Below are positions 59,701 to 64,000 of a DNA stretch of 64,000 bases, one piece after another. Position 1 is the stretch's first letter. Each line of letters opens with the position of its first letter. The notes beneath the pieces are model-generated. The model worked only from the letters and a program-made list of their open reading frames with translations, was not told where the DNA came from and made no database searches. The stretch is from Gimesia sp. (GTDB lineage Bacteria > Planctomycetota > Planctomycetia > Planctomycetales > Planctomycetaceae), in NCBI RefSeq assembly GCF_040219335.1, contig NZ_JAVJSQ010000018.1:24518-88517 (forward strand). The letters run 5' to 3'. The position numbers and the translations under genes are program-made.

Positions 59701-60270
59701 TCTCGAAGGGCCGAGCAACGAGCCGATGACTTGCAGGCACGGCTGAAGAAACGACTGGATGAACTGGAACAAGAAAAGCAACTTTCTCCTAAAGCTCCAA
59801 TAGTCGTGGGGGGAGCTCTAGTCGTTTCGGCTGAAAAGCTGCGAAAGCTTAGCGGCTTGCCAGAGATATCGGAAACGATTCAAACCCGCGAAACGAAACG
59901 AGTCGAGGGAGTCGCTATGAAAGCGGTCATGGATGCTGAAGCAGCATTAGGCCACTCCCCGCATGATATCAGCAAGGATAACCGCGGTTACGACATTGAA
60001 TCCGTCGATGGACAAACCGGGCGATTGCGGTTCATAGAAGTGAAGGGGCGTGTTGTTGGGGCCGACACAGTGACGATCACGCGCAACGAAATTGTCACTG
60101 GAATTAACTCCTCAACGAGTTTCATTCTGGCAATCGTCCAGGTTGATGGCGAGAAGGCGTTACCCCCTCTCTATGTGCGAACTCCGTTTGAACGCGAACC
60201 TGACTTTGATATCACAAGCGTTAACTATAAGCTGAATGAGATGCTTCAGCGGGGAGCCCCACCCGCATGA
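56761..60270 (+). CDS. SNF2-family helicase fused to a C-terminal DUF3883 (PD-(D/E)xK nuclease-fold) domain
   Basis: Motif I [10 protein letters not shown], motif II [9 protein letters not shown], helicase-C [23 protein letters not shown], a coiled-coil linker, and C-terminal NRGYDIES...RLRFIEVKG...ITRNE. ATG at 56761 chosen; the ORF is open from 56689. Confidence 0.85.
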   Translation: [1169 protein letters not shown]

Positions 60271-60284
60271 GTGGAGTCCAATAA

Positions 60285-63200
60285 ATGATGCACGAGTCAA
60301 AAAGCGGATCACCGCCGGATTACTTCTATGGCATCCGTGACAAAGCACGCGGTCGTTGGGAACAGCTGGAAGCCGATCCGGAGCTGGCCGCTCCTTGGCA
60401 CCAGCTGTTCAAACAAGTGCAGAGTCCACGCCACATTGTCTCAGAATTACTTCAGAACGCTGATGATGCCGGGGCAACGGAAGCCGATGTAAAAATCGTC
60501 GATGGAAAGTTTGTCTTTTGCCACAATGGTAACGACTTCACAAACGACGAATTCGCCTCACTCTGTCGCTTTGGCTACTCCAATAAGCGGAGTCTCCACA
60601 CGATTGGTTTTCGGGGAATTGGCTTCAAGAGTATATTCAGCCTGGGAGACGAAGTTCAGCTTCGCACACCAACGCTTTCGGTATCATTTTTTCGTGAACG
60701 GTTCTCCGAACCTGTGTGGATCAATGATGACCCAACCCTTGATACACAGGTCAGTGTCACGATCAAAGATCAATTTCGTCAAAAGGAAATAGAAAAAAAT
60801 CTCGCTGACTGGTTGGCAAGTCCGGCGTCGCTGCTGTTCTTTGATTCCATTAGGCGGCTGCGTGTTGGTGACCATGAAGTTCGCTGGGATTCTGCCGGTG
60901 ACGGACCAGTACAGGGTTCGATATGGATGACGTGTTCGGCGGAGCCGGATAGGAAGTACCTTCTAATTCGCTCCCAGAATGAACCATTTCCTCCCGAGGC
61001 CGTCGAGGAAATCCGACAGGAGAGGATGATTTCCTCGGATGATGATGCAGCGTTTCCGCCCTGTCGCGTCGAGATTGTTCTCGGAATGGAAGGTCGGTTG
61101 TTCGTAATTCTGCCGACCGGTGTAAAAACCGAATTGCCGTTCGCTTGCAATGCGCCCTTCATTCAAGACCCAGCACGTGTAAAGATCAAAGACCCGGAGA
61201 TTTCGCCGACGAACCGATGGCTATTGAAGCGTGCCGGCGAACTCGCCGCTCAGTCAATGCTACAGTGGCTGAGTCGGAGTGATCTTCCAGCGTCGGATCG
61301 CTGCCAGGCGTATAAACTTCTTTCAGACGTGGACCGAGAAGATAGCACGATTGAGGGCTGTTGTGGGACAATTGTGGAAGAGGCCCTTGGCGATGTGATT
61401 GAGGACCGAGAAGTCTTGTTGACCGAAAATGAAACGATTGTCCAATCCGATCATTGCGTTGACGTCCCTAGCCGGTTGCTCTCGATTTGGACGGTGGAGC
61501 AGGTGTCTGCGTTCTTTGACCAGACTTCACGGCCGTTGCTTTCCCGCCACATTGCAGAAGATGACCGCAAAAAGTTGATGAATTGGAATCTCGTCAAAGA
61601 GATAGACAAGCATCACATTCTGAACGTGCTCAAAAACAAGCATCTTCCTCGTCCTGAATCTTGGCGGCAATTACTGTTGCTATGGGCATACGTCTCCTAT
61701 TACGTCTGCAAGTCTAACTACAATTGGAAGTCTTGGCGTAGTATTCGTATAGTACCCGTTCAAAGTAAAGATGTCCTCTACTCGGCTGATGAAGTTGTGC
61801 GGCTGGGCAAGAAGAGGCTTTTGCATTCGGAAGATGACTGGGGTTTTCTGTCACAATATCTGCTCGTTATTAATCAGAACTGGCCACGTTATCTTGCTGA
61901 GCAACGTCGCAAGGCTGATGAAGAGAAAGACGAAAGCCTGCTATCAGCCTGGGAAAAAGCACAGCGTGTTCTAGAAGCTCTCGATCTCGACGACTCCAGT
62001 GACGTGAGTCGAGTCGTCGCGGCTGTATCCGAAAAGGCGTTCGCAAACGACAAATACCCGATCGAAGATTGCATTCGAATCGCGCAGATTGCTGCGAAGC
62101 TCGGTGCGACGGTCACGGATCAGTTTCAGTTCGTCACTCAGGATGAGCTGCGAACAACGGTCGCTAAGACCATCCTAGTCGATCTTGACGGGCAGCTTGA
62201 TCTGTTTGTTGATGAACAGTGGTATGAGTGGCATGTCCTAAATGACGATTATAGTCAGTACTTTGTCTCTTGCTCCCAGCTTGAATGGGAGCAGTGGGTT
62301 GCAAGCAGCAAAAGTAAACTGCTCGGCTTTGTTCCACTGGAGAACTTTGTGCAGAAAGTCTATAGCCGCAGCAAGCTCAAAGCTCTTCTGAGGCAGCGGG
62401 GAATCACAACCGAGCCTGGGTACCAATACGTAACGCACGATTTCATCGTTGAAGATTGGGATTTCAACGAGTCCCACTGGAATGGATGGGAGCAGTCAGC
62501 CAGCCAGGATTCGACATACTGGTCAAAACTGTTGTTGCGGATTCTCAGGAATCCAGATTTATACTCGGGTAAAGCGACTTCAGCCAAGGTTCAGCAGATT
62601 GCAACCACAGGCAGACGGCGATCCATCATCCACGAGCCTGTCCCCTCGACCTGGCTGACTCGCTTCAGAGACCTGCCGTGCCTGATTGATACTCGTGGCC
62701 AGTGTCATAAGCCTGCTGAATTACTGCGTCGTACTCCGGATACGGAACCGTTACTCGACGTCGAGTTGTTCGTAAGAGCGGAAGATGACAATGAGCACAC
62801 TCGTCCACTGCTCAAGCTGTTGGGTGTCGGCGACTCGCCTCCCGGCCCCGATCGGCTTCTGGACCGACTGCGTGCGCTGGCAGGTGAGGATGATGTTCCC
62901 GTCTACGAACTCGAAAAGTGGTATCACCGGCTCGATCAGCTTTTTCAGAAGTGCTCGACGGCCGAATCGATAACAGTTAGGGATGCTTTTACCAGCGATT
63001 CATTGATTCTTTCACAGGACGGGAACTGGTACAGCAAAGCCGAAGTTTTTCTGAACTCCGCGGAAGACGATGTACCGGATGTGCCGCTGGTACATCCATC
63101 AGTTCGACACTTGACGCTGTGGCAGAAGATCGGTGTGGCAGAGCGACCAACCGCCGATCTCGCCATTGAATGGCTTAAGGAACTCCCCTCAGGAAACAAG

Positions 63201-64000
63201 CTGAGTGCGGATGAGCTACGACGAGTTCGCAACTTATTACCGCGATTCCCGCTGAAGATTTGGGAAGAGTGCGGGCACTGGTTGAGCCTTGACGGGATTT
63301 GGGTAGATGTTAAGTCCCTGAAATACTCGCTGACGATGCAGTCGCTCGTTGCGTGGAGACATCTTTTTCAACCAGTGAAACAAAACACGGCCGACCTGCA
63401 ACGGCTGGATGCGGAAATGTGCCAGCAGCCGCCATTCAGCGAGTTGCCTACCTTATCCAGTAGAATCGAAGACCGGTGTTTTGAAGGCTTGTTTGATCTG
63501 GAGGTACCCGTCGCAAAACCGTGGATGCTGTCTCTGGGAAATGGGATCGCCCGGATCGAACTTGACGAGCCCGAATATCAAGAGACTGTCCGCCGGCTTG
63601 GATCTCGGTTGGCCAGCTCGCTCTGGCAGGTCACATCTGGGCTCGAATCGGTGCCATATATTGATGGCACTCCTGCCGGTACCGCTCGCCCAATTCAAGT
63701 CCTGTGGAAGGATGACCGTCTGTATGTCGACGATCGACCCTTAGCTCAGTTATTCAAGGCAATCACTCAGGAACTGTCCCGCATGTTTGACCGCGGGGAC
63801 ATCGGTGACGCAATCCGAGCGTGCGTGGAACGAAGCCCCGATTTTATCCAGGACTATCTCGAGGAAAATTTTCGGTTATCACCTCCGGATTCCGACAAAA
63901 CCACCGAGGCTGAGGACGCTGCCTATCATGCATCATCCGGTGAGCAGCTCACAGATTCCGATCTGGAAAATTACCATAACACAGTGGAGGACATCGATCT
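60285..64000 (+). CDS. Very large sacsin/NO VEIN-type GHKL ATPase protein, partial (open past the right edge)
   Basis: I translated the frame by eye from ATG 60285 to 64000 (more than 1238 codons) and found no stop. N-terminus SELLQNADDAGATEADV (GHKL N-box) and TIGFRGIGFKSIFSLGD (G-motif). Starts 14 nt after the helicase stop. Absent from the ORF track because it has no stop in the window. Confidence 0.8.
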   Translation, partial: MMHESKSGSPPDYFYGIRDKARGRWEQLEADPELAAPWHQLFKQVQSPRHIVSELLQNADDAGATEADVKIVDGKFVFCHNGNDFTNDEFASLCRFGYSNKRSLHTIGFRGIGFKSIFSLGDEVQLRTPTLSVSFFRERFSEPVWINDDPTLDTQVSVTIKDQFRQKEIEKNLADWLASPASLLFFDSIRRLRVGDHEVRWDSAGDGPVQGSIWMTCSAEPDRKYLLIRSQNEPFPPEAVEEIRQERMISSDDDAAFPPCRVEIVLGMEGRLFVILPTGVKTELPFACNAPFIQDPARVKIKDPEISPTNRWLLKRAGELAAQSMLQWLSRSDLPASDRCQAYKLLSDVDREDSTIEGCCGTIVEEALGDVIEDREVLLTENETIVQSDHCVDVPSRLLSIWTVEQVSAFFDQTSRPLLSRHIAEDDRKKLMNWNLVKEIDKHHILNVLKNKHLPRPESWRQLLLLWAYVSYYVCKSNYNWKSWRSIRIVPVQSKDVLYSADEVVRLGKKRLLHSEDDWGFLSQYLLVINQNWPRYLAEQRRKADEEKDESLLSAWEKAQRVLEALDLDDSSDVSRVVAAVSEKAFANDKYPIEDCIRIAQIAAKLGATVTDQFQFVTQDELRTTVAKTILVDLDGQLDLFVDEQWYEWHVLNDDYSQYFVSCSQLEWEQWVASSKSKLLGFVPLENFVQKVYSRSKLKALLRQRGITTEPGYQYVTHDFIVEDWDFNESHWNGWEQSASQDSTYWSKLLLRILRNPDLYSGKATSAKVQQIATTGRRRSIIHEPVPSTWLTRFRDLPCLIDTRGQCHKPAELLRRTPDTEPLLDVELFVRAEDDNEHTRPLLKLLGVGDSPPGPDRLLDRLRALAGEDDVPVYELEKWYHRLDQLFQKCSTAESITVRDAFTSDSLILSQDGNWYSKAEVFLNSAEDDVPDVPLVHPSVRHLTLWQKIGVAERPTADLAIEWLKELPSGNKLSADELRRVRNLLPRFPLKIWEECGHWLSLDGIWVDVKSLKYSLTMQSLVAWRHLFQPVKQNTADLQRLDAEMCQQPPFSELPTLSSRIEDRCFEGLFDLEVPVAKPWMLSLGNGIARIELDEPEYQETVRRLGSRLASSLWQVTSGLESVPYIDGTPAGTARPIQVLWKDDRLYVDDRPLAQLFKAITQELSRMFDRGDIGDAIRACVERSPDFIQDYLEENFRLSPPDSDKTTEAEDAAYHASSGEQLTDSDLENYHNTVEDID

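Noticed and set aside
1-64000. CRISPR arrays or cas genes.
   Set aside because: I saw no regularly spaced direct repeats of 25-40 nt and no Cas-like ORF. The only iterated short motifs are the GGAC/TCGGACA sets reported above, and these lack spacer-like regularity.

Overview
The window reads like a Planctomycetota chromosome segment, possibly Planctomycetaceae or Gimesia-like. This is inferred from a DUF1559 pseudopilin-type protein with the GFTLIELLVVIAII N-terminus, a TAT-signal Gfo/Idh/MocA oxidoreductase, and many PAS kinases; I did no database search.

Layout:
- 0-16.5 kb: signalling-rich core DNA. It holds a NarL-type two-component pair, BON + CsrA, a tandem Usp, a FixJ-type regulator, an HK / RR / giant REC-PAS-LOV-HK-REC operon, and a REC-HDOD protein.
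- 16.5-36.6 kb: a patchy, partly decayed accessory stretch. It holds ThuA-like and Gfo/Idh/MocA genes, an IS3 transposase remnant, and 1.7 kb with no intact ORF. It also holds a disrupted secreted-protein gene, three flavoenzyme genes, and a duplicated response-regulator fragment flanking a DUF1772 gene. Further in come a heme-oxygenase-like gene, a P450 C-terminal remnant, a DUF1559 + lipoprotein pair, a 1.6-kb IS with about 48-bp inverted repeats, and a SpoIIE/HAMP phosphatase.
- 36.8-55.7 kb: a heavy-metal and sulfur island. It holds three small Cys-rich proteins, a MacB-type ABC pair, czcCBA-like RND efflux genes, a His-rich lipoprotein, a thioredoxin and a CPC P-type ATPase. It ends with ArsR translationally coupled to a cysteine desulfurase, then rhodanese, DsrE and a fatty-acid hydroxylase.
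- 56.0-64.0 kb: a 5'-truncated tRNA-Pro(UGG) fragment, a decayed excisionase-type HTH gene, and a tightly linked pair. The pair is an SNF2-family helicase fused to a DUF3883 (PD-(D/E)xK) domain, followed by a very large sacsin/NO VEIN-type GHKL ATPase ORF. That ORF is open to the window end and is absent from the ORF track.

The helicase/GHKL pair is my best candidate for an uncharacterised anti-mobile-element (defence) system.

Secondary signals:
- a dense GGAC-repeat element next to the IS;
- a 15-nt motif plus hairpin plus TCGGACA triplet present at both 21.1 and 34.3 kb;
- an internal cysteine-desulfurase gene fragment copied 45 kb away.

All calls come from reading the sequence and ORF translations by eye. 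Repeat coordinates may be off by a few nt, and start codons are often uncertain.
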